Below are positions 10,312 through 20,744 of a stretch of DNA of 64,000 nt, piece after piece. Positions within the stretch are counted from its first letter, which is position 1, and every line of letters starts with the position of its first letter. The DNA lies in the NCBI GenBank assembly GCA_963713345.1, contig CAVQLI010000008.1, positions 530,606 to 594,605 on the forward strand. Reading direction: 5' to 3'. Made by a program: the position numbers and the translations under genes. This stretch comes from an uncultured Actinomycetota bacterium. GTDB taxonomy: Bacteria; Actinomycetota; Actinomycetes; Actinomycetales; Dermatophilaceae. The notes under the pieces were generated by a model. It saw nothing but the letters and a program-made list of their open reading frames with translations, was not told where the DNA came from and did not search any database.

Positions 10312-10860
10312 ATGCCCGTCGACCACGTCCCTGCCGGGTCCTCCGACGACGGCTTCGTGCGCAGCCCCAGCGGCGTGCTCGTGCCCGCCGTCATCGACCC
10401 GTTCCACCGGGCCCTGCACCACGTCGCACCCGCGGGACTCGTCGGGCAGACCACGCAGACGGCCGGTATGCGTCGGCTCGAGGCGATCAGCGGGAAGACC
10501 GTCGGCGCCCGCAACCTCTGGATGGGACAGACGCACGTCCCCGCTTCCACCGCCTCGGCCAACCATCACCACGGCGACTCCGAGACGGCGATCTACGTGG
10601 TCTCCGGGAACCCGGTCTTCGTCTTCCTCGACGTCGATGGCGAGGAACCGGTGGAGACCCGCATCGAGACCGGCCCGGGCGACTACGTCTTCGTCCCGCC
10701 GTTCGTACCGCACCGCGAGGAGAACCCGGACCCCGGAACCGAGGCGGTCGTCGTCATCGCCCGGACCACCCAGGAGGCGATCGTCGTCAACCTCGACCGC
10801 CTCGACTGGGCGCAGGTCGACCCGTCCACGCCCGGGACCGCGGGGCCCTCCGACTGCTGA
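10312..10860 (+). CDS. Cupin domain-containing protein
   Basis: HHHGDSETAIYV and GDYVFVPPFVPHREEN cupin motifs. Confidence 0.85.
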   Translation: MPVDHVPAGSSDDGFVRSPSGVLVPAVIDPFHRALHHVAPAGLVGQTTQTAGMRRLEAISGKTVGARNLWMGQTHVPASTASANHHHGDSETAIYVVSGNPVFVFLDVDGEEPVETRIETGPGDYVFVPPFVPHREENPDPGTEAVVVIARTTQEAIVVNLDRLDWAQVDPSTPGTAGPSDC

Positions 10861-11035
10861 GCCGCCGGACCTCCAGGTAGCGGTCCCAGCCCTCGCCGCT
10901 CGCAGGCGGGCGGCGGACATCTCGACGGGCACGCCGGCCAGGAACGACCGGTTTCGGGCCGATCCGGTGACTGGTGCCTGTCGAGCTGTCCGGGTGGAGG
11001 CTCAGGCGACCAGACCAACGAGAGCTCGGGCCTGG

Positions 11036-11404
11036 TCAGGCGCGGTCGTGGAGGGTGACCTGGTAGCCGTCGGGGTCGGCGAAGGTGAACGTGCGACCGA
11101 ACGGGCCGTCGATCGGAGCGGACACGATCGGGTGGCCGTCGGCGACGAGAGCGTCGTGGATGGCCTGGACGTCGGTGGCGTGGAGCCAGATCGCGGCACC
11201 GATGCCGGGCTGAGCAACGGACGCCAGATCGGTCCCGGGCACGACGTCTCGCAGCGCGAACGCGATCGGCGTCGTCTCGAAGACCACGGCATGGGGCGGG
11301 CCCGCCTGGGAGCGGACGAGGCCGAGGTACCGCTCGTAGAACGCCTGCGACGCGTCGAGATCGCGAGCCTGGAGGGAGATGAAATCGGGGCCGGTGGCCG
11401 GCAT
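11036..11404 (-). CDS. VOC (glyoxalase-like) family protein
   Basis: DLDASQAFYERYLG and PFGRTFTFADPDGY motifs. Confidence 0.9.
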   Translation of the reverse strand: MPATGPDFISLQARDLDASQAFYERYLGLVRSQAGPPHAVVFETTPIAFALRDVVPGTDLASVAQPGIGAAIWLHATDVQAIHDALVADGHPIVSAPIDGPFGRTFTFADPDGYQVTLHDRA

Positions 11405-11422
11405 GCTGATGCTCCTTCAGTG

Positions 11423-11468
11423 ATGTCAGTTATCTGACATACACAACTCTATGTCAGAATATTGACAT
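11423..11468. promoter_or_regulatory. Two palindromic operators in the divergent VOC/MarR promoter
   Basis: ATGTCAG-TTAT-CTGACAT (11423-11440) and ATGTCA-GAATAT-TGACAT (11451-11468); the second overlaps the marR start codon. Confidence 0.75.
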
Positions 11469-11919
11469 GAGTCAAGACGGAGTCGACCTGGAGACGTCAC
11501 TCGGCTACCTGCTGAAAGAGGCCTCGAGCGCTCTTCGCGCTGCGATGGAGGCAGTGCTGCGGCCGCTCGGAATGACCGTGACCCACTACTCCTGCCTCGA
11601 ACTGCTCGCACAGCGCCCAGGTCTGTCGAACTCCGAGCTCGCGCGAGGAGCGTTCGTGACCCGGCAGTCGATGAACGTCCTGCTACAAGCGTTGGAACGA
11701 GACGGCTACGTGACCCGGCCGGCGCAGGCGCCGGTCGGGAAAGTCCTCCCCACCCGGCTCACTCCCCGCGGTCGACGGAGCCTCGAGAAGGCCACCGTTG
11801 CGGTGCGATCCGTCGAGATCAGGATGCTGAGCGGCATGACGCAGGACGAGCAGTCGAGTGCGTTCAGAATCCTGCAGAGCATGATCCACTCCTTGCGGAA
11901 GGCCGAGGAAGATGCGTAG
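11467..11919 (+). CDS. MarR family transcriptional regulator
   Basis: SNSELARGAFVTRQSMNVLLQALERDGYV winged HTH; LTPRGR. Confidence 0.9.
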   Translation: MSQDGVDLETSLGYLLKEASSALRAAMEAVLRPLGMTVTHYSCLELLAQRPGLSNSELARGAFVTRQSMNVLLQALERDGYVTRPAQAPVGKVLPTRLTPRGRRSLEKATVAVRSVEIRMLSGMTQDEQSSAFRILQSMIHSLRKAEEDA

Positions 11920-11946
11920 GTCGCACGGAGTACCGGATGGTGGCCG

Positions 11947-12330
11947 ATGAACGGCGCCGCCGCCCGAGAGGTGCTCGACGTGCAACGGGTTGACGTGTGG
12001 GGCGCGATGCGGGCCAAGAGTCCCGAGGCGTGGATGCGGGTGCTGGCCGACGACTTCGTCCTCCGGACTCCCGGCGAGGAGGACCGAGACCGGCCGGCGT
12101 TCGTGGAGAGGATGACCTCGTTCCCCGGCGAGGTGGTGTCCATCGCGTGCCATGACCTTCGAGCGGATGCGTTCGGGACGGCGGTGGTCGTGACGGGGGT
12201 GCAGCACGCCGTCCTGCGGATGCCCAACGACGCACGATTCGAGGACTTCACGATGATGAGCAACGTCTTCGTGTCGCGCGAGGGCCGGTGGGTCATGGTT
12301 CTGGCGCATGCGTTGAGCCTCCCGATGTGA
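11947..12330 (+). CDS. NTF2-like (DUF4440) protein
   Basis: LADDFV, FGTAVVVTG and GRWVMVLAH pattern. Confidence 0.7.
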   Translation: MNGAAAREVLDVQRVDVWGAMRAKSPEAWMRVLADDFVLRTPGEEDRDRPAFVERMTSFPGEVVSIACHDLRADAFGTAVVVTGVQHAVLRMPNDARFEDFTMMSNVFVSREGRWVMVLAHALSLPM

Positions 12331-12587
12331 GCCCCTTCGATCACGTGCCGTGGGCGCGACGGTCGCCCGCTGACGTGCGGGACCCGCAGCGGCTGCCCGA
12401 GCCGTTCGTTCACCGACGGCGGTCCGGGCATACGCTCGCGGCACGCGCCCACCGATCCGAGGTCACCATTGCCCGATGGCATCCCAGGTCTGCACATCCC
12501 CGCTGGCGACGGCGAGGCTTGGTGGTTCCTGGCCACGCGGGTGACCGTGCTCGTCGACGCCCGCCGTAGTAGAGCCGCGCGCCACTA

Positions 12588-12601
12588 GCTTCCGGCCAGG
12601 C
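12588..12601 (+). promoter_or_regulatory. Degenerate rifamycin-associated element (RAE)-like motif
   Basis: GCTTCCGGCCAGGC matches 12/14 of the RAE core as I recall it (GCTTGCGGCAAGGC); about 60 bp upstream of rox. The consensus is from memory and needs checking. Confidence 0.4.
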
Positions 12602-12612
12602 GACTGACATAG

Positions 12613-14095
<1,483 letters not shown>

Positions 14096-14161
14096 TGGAG
14101 CGTCAGCAGCGGGCATCCCGCATACCGGCAGCGAGGCGAGCAGCGACGGCATGATGGGCGG

Positions 14162-15181
14162 GTGGATCGTGCTGGCGCCGAGTGCTCCCGGCTCTACTAC
14201 GAGCACCTCGTGGGGCCGGCCGTCGACGCCCGCTGGCCCGGCCTTCCGCGCGCCGCGGGCCGCCTGGGGAGTGGTTCGGATGTCCTCGGCCTCGACGACG
14301 CCGTCTCACGGGACCACGACTGGGGCCTGAGACTCAACCTTCTGGTGTCGGCGGACATGGCCGCTGACGTCGACGCGTACCTGGAGGAGACCCTTCCCGA
14401 GTCGTTCGAGGGCCTTCCGACCCGTTTCACCACGACATGGGACACCCACCGGCGGCATCGGGTGCAGGTGCAGGACGTGGCGTCCTTCGTGCACTCGCGT
14501 ACCGGCGTCGACCTGCGGGATCCGCTGTCGACCGATGACTGGCTGATGCTGACCGGTCAGGCGGTCCTGGAAGTGACGGCCGGTCCGGTCTTCGTCGACA
14601 CCGACGGTGCCCTGACCGCCGCCCGCGCAGCCCTGTGCTGGTACCCCGATGAGATGTGGAAGTACGTCATCGCGACCGACTGGGCTCGTCTCGCCCAAGA
14701 GCTGCCGTTCGTCGGGAGAACCGCGGAAGTCGGCGACGATCTCGGCTCACGGGTCATCACGGCCCGCCTGGTCGAGGTAGCGACGCACCTGGCACACCTG
14801 GTCGACCGGCGCTGGCCGCCGTACTCGAAGTGGCTCGGCACCAGCCTGACCCGGCTTCCGCGATCCCACGTGGTCGCCGAACCGTTGGCCCGAGCCCTGA
14901 CGAGCACGCACTGGCGCACGCGGGAGGACGGCCTGGTCGAGGCGGTGCGAACTCTCAGCCGTCTCCAGGCCGACGCCGGGCTGCCCACCGTCGACGATCC
15001 CGTCGAACAGTTCTGGGACCGGGCTTATCGAGGCATCCGCGTCGAGGTCGTGGAGGCGCTGGAGGAGTCCATCGACGACCCAGCCATTCGCGCCCTTCCC
15101 CGAGGGGTCGGCTCGGCGGACCAGTGGAGTCATAACGCCGACGTCCTGACCAACCCGTCCCGCCGACATCGTGTTCCCTGA
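14162..15181 (+). CDS. DUF4037 domain-containing protein
   Basis: GSGSDVLGLDDAVSRDHDWG, LEVTAGPVFVD, WYPDEMW and PPYSKWLG motifs. Confidence 0.85.
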   Translation: MDRAGAECSRLYYEHLVGPAVDARWPGLPRAAGRLGSGSDVLGLDDAVSRDHDWGLRLNLLVSADMAADVDAYLEETLPESFEGLPTRFTTTWDTHRRHRVQVQDVASFVHSRTGVDLRDPLSTDDWLMLTGQAVLEVTAGPVFVDTDGALTAARAALCWYPDEMWKYVIATDWARLAQELPFVGRTAEVGDDLGSRVITARLVEVATHLAHLVDRRWPPYSKWLGTSLTRLPRSHVVAEPLARALTSTHWRTREDGLVEAVRTLSRLQADAGLPTVDDPVEQFWDRAYRGIRVEVVEALEESIDDPAIRALPRGVGSADQWSHNADVLTNPSRRHRVP

Positions 15182-15215
15182 AGACGGTCAGCTGATCTCA
15201 CAGTGGGCCGGGGCA

Positions 15216-15608
15216 TCACACCGTAGAAGCGGCCTCGGACTGGTCGCCGGCCGGCACTCCGGCGCGGTGCGGGAACCGGTGCACCTCCTGCGGCCAGCCG
15301 ACCGCCATGGCGATCCGGCCGGCCCAGTACCGGGCCGCGGCGTCGTCGGCCACGTCCACGACCGCGAACCCGCCGAGATGCTCCTTGGTCTCCACGAACG
15401 GGCCGTCCGTGAACAGCGGCGTGCCGCCGCTCGGGTCCACACTGCAGACCACCGTCGACGCGTCCAGAGCGCCGTCACTGAAGACGAAGACCCCGGCGGC
15501 CGTCATCTCGTCGCACACGCCTCGACCGGCCCTGCCCGCTGCGCGGAGCTGCTCCAGCGTCAGGTCCGGAACCCACTCGTCGTTGAAGGCGATCAGGTAC
15601 AACGCCAT
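15216..15608 (-). CDS. YciI (DGPF) family protein
   Basis: FTDGPFVETKEHLGGF motif. Confidence 0.85.
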   Translation of the reverse strand: MALYLIAFNDEWVPDLTLEQLRAAGRAGRGVCDEMTAAGVFVFSDGALDASTVVCSVDPSGGTPLFTDGPFVETKEHLGGFAVVDVADDAAARYWAGRIAMAVGWPQEVHRFPHRAGVPAGDQSEAASTV

Positions 15609-15821
15609 GTCCACACTCCTCAGCTCACCGGGCACCCCGAACGGCTGCCCGTCACCCTCTCCACGAACGGGCACGCGCGAAAAGGACATCTCCGCCACAG
15701 CCATTCTCAGCTCGTCGTGACGTGGCCCTACCCGTCGAGGAGGCTTCCCGCGTGATCAGCGACGTCGGTCGCTAGGCATACCGTCGGCGACTGAAACCCC
15801 TCACGTCGAAGGAGAGCCGCG

Positions 15822-16211
15822 ATGAGGTTCATGTTGATGATGCACGTCGGGAGCGATGGCGGCAACGACACGAGCTGGGCCCCGGAGGACGTCAAGAACA
15901 TGATCGAGTTCCAGCGCGCGTTCGACGGCGAGCTCGAGGAGAACGGCGAGATGGTCTTCAACGCCGGTCTCGCCTGGCCCGACCAGGCCAGAATCGTCCG
16001 CTACGACGACGGAGCGCCGGCCGTCAGCGACGGTCCGTTCCCGGAGGACAAGGAGTTCCTCATCGGCTTCTGGGTCGTCGACTGCGTCGACGAGGAGCGG
16101 GCGTATGCCATCGCCGCGAAAGCGTCGTCGTCGCCCGGCCCCGGCGGGGTGCCGATGGGCATACCGATCGAGGTCCGCCCGCTGGCCGGCCCGCCGCCGG
16201 TGGACGCCTGA
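15822..16211 (+). CDS. YciI (DGPF) family protein
   Basis: SDGPFPEDKEFLIGFWVVD and IEVRP motifs. Confidence 0.9.
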   Translation: MRFMLMMHVGSDGGNDTSWAPEDVKNMIEFQRAFDGELEENGEMVFNAGLAWPDQARIVRYDDGAPAVSDGPFPEDKEFLIGFWVVDCVDEERAYAIAAKASSSPGPGGVPMGIPIEVRPLAGPPPVDA

Positions 16212-16220
16212 CGTCCTGTG

Positions 16221-16301
16221 GTCGTCCCGCACTCCGGCCATTCGGCCTCCCTGGAGTCCCCCGATGCGTTGTGGGAGACCATCGAGGCCCTCGCGCGCTG
16301 A
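16221..16301 (+). pseudogene. 3'-terminal remnant of an alpha/beta hydrolase gene
   Basis: Translates to VVPHSGHSASLESPDALWETIEALAR*, the catalytic-His C-terminus pattern, with no upstream body. Confidence 0.5.
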
Positions 16302-16335
16302 CGGGCTCGGGCCCGCATGGGCCCGGAGACGAACA

Positions 16336-16365
16336 AGGGACCAAGCCGCGGAGCGGCTGGTCCCT
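16336..16365 (-). terminator. Intrinsic terminator-like hairpin, probably the original tRNA-Ala terminator
   Basis: AGGGACC-A-AGCCGC-GGA-GCGGCT-GGTCCCT (13-bp stem, 1-nt bulge), followed by TTGTTC on the minus strand; just past the duplicated tRNA 3' end. Confidence 0.7.
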
Positions 16366-16373
16366 GGTCGTCA

Positions 16374-16416
16374 GTGGAGCTGCGGGGATTCGAACCCCGG
16401 GCCTTCTCATTGCGAA
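16374..16416 (-). repeat. att site: 43-bp duplicate of the tRNA-Ala 3' portion
   Basis: GTGGAGCTGCGGGGATTCGAACCCCGGGCCTTCTCATTGCGAA is identical to 25515-25557. Confidence 0.95.
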
Positions 16417-17025
16417 GGCGTTCCCGGCCCCATCGGTTACCGGTCTATGCGTTGCATGAGTTGCGCGCTGACCGCCACGGTGCCCCGGTGCCGTCCGCGG
16501 GGGGCACCGGGGGGGCACGCCAATCGCTCCCTGGCGGGCGGCCTGGTCACCGAAGAGGTTCGACCTTCGAACCTTGTGTTCCGTTGAAAGCCGCATTTCG
16601 CCCACGTCGAGCCGTCTGGACCGGCACGTCCATGACCTGAGGAGGCGTCCCACCAGTCGGTGCCACTTCGTCCCGCTGATTCAGCCGGTGCCGACACGTC
16701 CGCACCGGTTCCGACAGATCTCCGACAGACTCCTGCCACACCACCCGCGCGGCTGAAGCTGCGCCGCGGTACCTCACTGGTGTGGCCACGGCGGTCCTGA
16801 CGCCTAGCAATGCACGGGTCTGCCTGCCCAAGATCGACGCCGGCGGCAGATGTGCCCCACATCGCCAGTTAGACGCACCTCGACAATGGCTGGTTCGACC
16901 GCTATGCCGATGAGCGCGCATCTGCCAGGCGTTTTGTAGCCAGGCTTCGGGGCTGTAGAGCGAGAGCAGCCTGCTGGCCTCGGGGCGGGTCATACTGTTT
17001 GCATCCGAGCACGCAGAGGGCGCTC

Positions 17026-18813
17026 ATGGGCATCAGGCGCTACCTGAACTTCGACCTGCTCCTCGAGCAAGTGGGAGACGGTCGCTACCGGGCGCGCGTC
17101 ACCGAGTTCCCGCTGGACGGGACACCGCGCGTGCAATTCCAGCTGCCCTTCGACGCCCAGACGCTGGAGATCCTGCTCCTCAAGCTCGACCCGGGGCGCT
17201 CGGGCACTCGTCGGGTGGGGGCGACCAGCCACCAGCAGGCCGCCATGGATTTCGGCGGCCCGCTGTTCGAGGCGGTGTTCACCGGCGAAGTCGCCCTGGC
17301 CTGGCAACGCAGCCTCGACAAGGTGCGCGCCGTTGACGCCGAGGGACTGAGACTCCGGCTCCTCCTCGACGATGCGCCGGCCATCGCGGGTCTCCCCTGG
17401 GAGCTGCTGTACGACGCGCGCACGAACAGTTTCATCGCCCAATCCGAGCGCACACCGGTTGTCCGCTTCCTCGACCTGCCACACGCACCGCGCCCCATCG
17501 CCGTCGACGGACCCCTGCGGGTGCTCGTCGTGATCTCCTCCCCCATCGACCTGGTCGAGCTCGACGTCGAGGCCGAGTGGCGACGTATCCGCGATGCGCT
17601 CGAGCCACGGGTGCATGCCGGGCTGGTCGCCGTCGACAGACTGTCGAGCGCCACGGTCCCGAGCCTCGGAGCGTGGCTGCGCCGGCATCAGACCCATGTG
17701 GTGCACTTCGTGGGGCATGGCGACTTCGACGATCGATTGCGCGAGGGCGTCTTGTACTTCCAGGACGAGTACGGCCGAGGGGCCCAAGTGACGTCGTCTC
17801 TTCTCGGGCCCTACCTGCGCGACCACGATGCCTTGCGAATGGTGGTGCTGAACGCCTGCCGGTCCGCGAGGTCCGACGGCATCGATCCATTCGGTGGGAT
17901 GGCGCAGGGGCTGGTCCAGCAGGACGCTACGGCCGTCGTGGCGATGCAGTTCCCGATCAGCGACCGCGCCGCGGTGCGCTTCACCGGCGAGTTCTACGGC
18001 GCGCTGGTCGACGGACTGCCGGTAGACCAGGCGGTCAGCAGCGCCCGGAAGTCGCTGATGGCGGAGTACAGCGACGAATGGTCCACGCCCGTGCTCTACA
18101 TGCGCTCACCCGACGGCAACATCTTCGAGAACCTGCACGCCCCGGACAGCACGGATCCTCCGGCTGCGCTCACCGCGACCCTCCATCCGACACCGCCGAC
18201 GCTTCCCGCTGCCACGGCGGCACTCGGCGCTGCGCCCGTCGCACCGCCCTCGGGCGCACCATCGCCGAATCCAGCAACGCCGAACCCGTCGCCGCCTGTG
18301 GCGGCAGCCACCGGCGCGGATCTTCCCAGCCCATCTGCTGAGCCCATCGACGCACCGACGGAGCGGTCGGGTGCGCGTCGATGGCTGTCCGGTCGCCGGG
18401 GAGTGGCTCTGGCCGCAATCGCGGTCGTGCTACTGGTCGCGGGCTTCCTTGCCTGGCGCCATCAGACGGAAGCTGGTCACTCAACCACAATCCCGTCGTC
18501 ATTCGACGGCGTGTGGATAGGTACCGGATCGGACAGTTACGGCTCACAGGCGGAGTTCACAGCCAGGCTCGGCGATGGTCTGAGCATCGGCCGACTTGGC
18601 GGCCCTTCGGGCTGCCACCAAGGTCCGCTCCACGTGAGCGACGCGACCGACAACAAGCTGACGACGCGATTCGACCCGTATGGGACGGAGGGCTGCACCA
18701 ACTGGACGGTCGTATTCACGCATGACGGCGAGGACCTCCTCATGAAAGTCGACCCGGACAGCACTGAGAACAATCAGGCGGACTTCGAGATCAGGCTCAG
18801 CCCGTCACCCTGA
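17026..18813 (+). CDS. CHAT-domain (caspase-like) protease with Pro/Ala linker, one TM helix and an extracellular domain
   Basis: LPWELLYD, VVHFVGHG (His), VVLNACRS (Cys), VVAMQFPISDRAA, WSTPVLY; TM GVALAAIAVVLLVAGFLAW. Confidence 0.9.
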   Translation: MGIRRYLNFDLLLEQVGDGRYRARVTEFPLDGTPRVQFQLPFDAQTLEILLLKLDPGRSGTRRVGATSHQQAAMDFGGPLFEAVFTGEVALAWQRSLDKVRAVDAEGLRLRLLLDDAPAIAGLPWELLYDARTNSFIAQSERTPVVRFLDLPHAPRPIAVDGPLRVLVVISSPIDLVELDVEAEWRRIRDALEPRVHAGLVAVDRLSSATVPSLGAWLRRHQTHVVHFVGHGDFDDRLREGVLYFQDEYGRGAQVTSSLLGPYLRDHDALRMVVLNACRSARSDGIDPFGGMAQGLVQQDATAVVAMQFPISDRAAVRFTGEFYGALVDGLPVDQAVSSARKSLMAEYSDEWSTPVLYMRSPDGNIFENLHAPDSTDPPAALTATLHPTPPTLPAATAALGAAPVAPPSGAPSPNPATPNPSPPVAAATGADLPSPSAEPIDAPTERSGARRWLSGRRGVALAAIAVVLLVAGFLAWRHQTEAGHSTTIPSSFDGVWIGTGSDSYGSQAEFTARLGDGLSIGRLGGPSGCHQGPLHVSDATDNKLTTRFDPYGTEGCTNWTVVFTHDGEDLLMKVDPDSTENNQADFEIRLSPSP

Positions 18814-19092
18814 CGATCCCGGCAGCGTTGGCGGGCCATGATCGACAATGGCCTCCTTCGTGCGAGGCGGCGCTGCGTGGGTGACTGAGCTGGGGCGAGC
18901 CATTCGCGGCCCGGGTCCATTGCCCCGCAAGCTCGAGGGCGCGCAGCGCCCGCATTGCGTCAAAGCCGCGAGTCGGACGCCCTGCAACGCACTCTCATGC
19001 CGCGGACCGGTCATCCCGCGGGCAGGGCGAACGTGCCGATGAGCGGGGGGCGTCGTTGCGCCTCGAAGGGCGTGTCCGGGTTTGGTGCATTT

Positions 19093-19206
19093 CGGGATGG
19101 GTGAGGCCGAAGCGGCTAGGGCGGCGACGAGAGAGACGATCGTTGACAGGAACGCCAGACGCAGCCGGGCGCCGGGTTGGCTCTGTCGGGTGTCGCTGGT
19201 CACCAC
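19093..19206 (-). pseudogene. 5' remnant of an MFS transporter gene
   Basis: AFLSTIVSLVAALAASASPIP (first TM helix pattern of actinobacterial MFS), then unrelated sequence; start overlaps the AKR stop. Confidence 0.55.
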
Positions 19207-20162
19207 CAGTAGGCACGCTGCGTGGTGTAGGGCTGTTCGAGGCCGTGGATCTCCTCCTCGGTGAGGTGAACCTCAAGCGCGGCCGCAGCGTCGGGGAGGT
19301 GGTGTGGCTTGGTGGCGCCGACGATGGGCGAGGCGACGACGGGCTTGCTGAGCAGCCACGCCATCGCGATGTGCGCCATCGGGACGCCCCGCTGCCCGGC
19401 GACTCGTTGCACCGCCTCGACCACCGGTTGATCGATGTCGAGATCGAAACTCTTCGCGACCTGATCGACGCTGCCACGTTCAGACGTGGCACCCCAGGGT
19501 CGAGCGAGGCGACCTTTACCGAGCGGTGAGTAGGGGACGCAGCCGACGCCCATGTCGGCACACATGGGCAGCATTTCCCGCTCCTCTTCGCGTTTGAGCA
19601 GGTTGTACTGGTTCTCCATTGCCACGAAACGGGTCCCGCGGGTTCGGTCGGCGGCGTGTTGCAGCTTGGCGAACTGCCAGGCCCACATGGACGACGCACC
19701 GAGGTAGCGGACCTTGCCCGCCTTGACCACGTCGTGCAGTGCGGTCATGGTTTCCTCGACCGGCACGTCCGGGTCGAACCGGTGGATGTAGTACAGGTCG
19801 ATGTAGTCGGTGCCGAGCCGGCTCAGGGACGCGTCGAGCTGTTCCAGGATGGCTTTGCGGGACAGCCCTGATCCGCCGGGTCCGTCGTGCATCTTGTTGT
19901 ACACCTTGGTGGCGACAACGATGTCCTCGCGGCGGGCGAATCTGCGCATCGCGCGACCGACGAACTCCTCCGAGGTGCCGCCACCGTAGCCGTTGGCGGT
20001 ATCCCACAACGTGATCCCCAGTTCGACGGCCTGACGGAAGAACGGCTGCGACTCCTCCTCATCCAGAGTCCACTTATGGAACCCGCGCGCGCCGTAGCTC
20101 ATGCAGCCGAGGGCGATCCGGCTGACTCGCAGCCCGGTGTTGCCGAGGCGGACGTACTCCAT
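19200..20162 (-). CDS. Aldo/keto reductase
   Basis: VSRIALGCMSYG, WDTANGY, VVATKV, DYIDLYYIHRFD and GKVRYLGAS motifs. Confidence 0.95.
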   Translation of the reverse strand: MEYVRLGNTGLRVSRIALGCMSYGARGFHKWTLDEEESQPFFRQAVELGITLWDTANGYGGGTSEEFVGRAMRRFARREDIVVATKVYNKMHDGPGGSGLSRKAILEQLDASLSRLGTDYIDLYYIHRFDPDVPVEETMTALHDVVKAGKVRYLGASSMWAWQFAKLQHAADRTRGTRFVAMENQYNLLKREEEREMLPMCADMGVGCVPYSPLGKGRLARPWGATSERGSVDQVAKSFDLDIDQPVVEAVQRVAGQRGVPMAHIAMAWLLSKPVVASPIVGATKPHHLPDAAAALEVHLTEEEIHGLEQPYTTQRAYWW

Positions 20163-20259
20163 CGCGTAGCTCCTTCACCGTCGATCTGGTCGTGTTCTCC
20201 GCGGGTGGTCCGAGCTGGCGCCGGAGGTCGATCCGCTCAGTACCGCTGGGCCGGTCCGG

Positions 20260-20676
20260 CTAGTCCGACGACGCGGCGTATTCCTCGTCGCTGACGTGGG
20301 CGCCCCAGTGGGCGGCGTCGTGGTCGTCGTCGATCTCGTTGATGGCGAGGTGAACCATGAGCCGCGCCGGGGTGGCGCCGTGCCAGTGCTCCTCGTCGGG
20401 TTCGATGTAGATCCGGTCGCCGGGCCGGATCACTTCGACGGGACCGCCGCGGCGTTGGACCCAGCCGACCCCTTCGGTGACAAACAGACTCTGTCCGAGT
20501 GGGTGGCGGTGCCAGGCGGTCCGGGCGCCGGGCGTGAAGTGGACGAGGTTGGCCATGGCGCGTGACGGGGCGGCCGCGGTGGCAACGGTGTCGATGTACA
20601 CGTCGCCGGTAAACCATTCCGCCGGGCCTTTGACGGTCGCCGTTCCAGTGTCAACGGTGCTAGGCGTGATCTGCAT
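20260..20676 (-). CDS. Cupin domain protein
   Basis: GPAEWFTGDV, FTPGARTAWHRHPLGQ and EEHWHGA motifs. Confidence 0.9.
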   Translation of the reverse strand: MQITPSTVDTGTATVKGPAEWFTGDVYIDTVATAAAPSRAMANLVHFTPGARTAWHRHPLGQSLFVTEGVGWVQRRGGPVEVIRPGDRIYIEPDEEHWHGATPARLMVHLAINEIDDDHDAAHWGAHVSDEEYAASSD

Positions 20677-20744
20677 GGTGGGTCCTCTTCCCAGGGTAAG
20701 CAGTCGGGGCTATTGAGCGGTGTCGGCGCTGTCGGCAGGTGGGG

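Noticed and set aside
12330-12580. Hidden gene between the NTF2-like gene and rox
   Set aside because: Candidate frames gave no recognisable protein and lack start signals.
16374-16416. Second tRNA-Ala gene
   Set aside because: Only the 3' 43 nt are present; no D-arm, no 5' acceptor strand and no CCA. Treated as an att repeat.
16574-16756. Possible integrase remnant (RHVHDLRR resembles the HxLR box)
   Set aside because: Only a 4-residue match, with no other tyrosine-recombinase motifs nearby.
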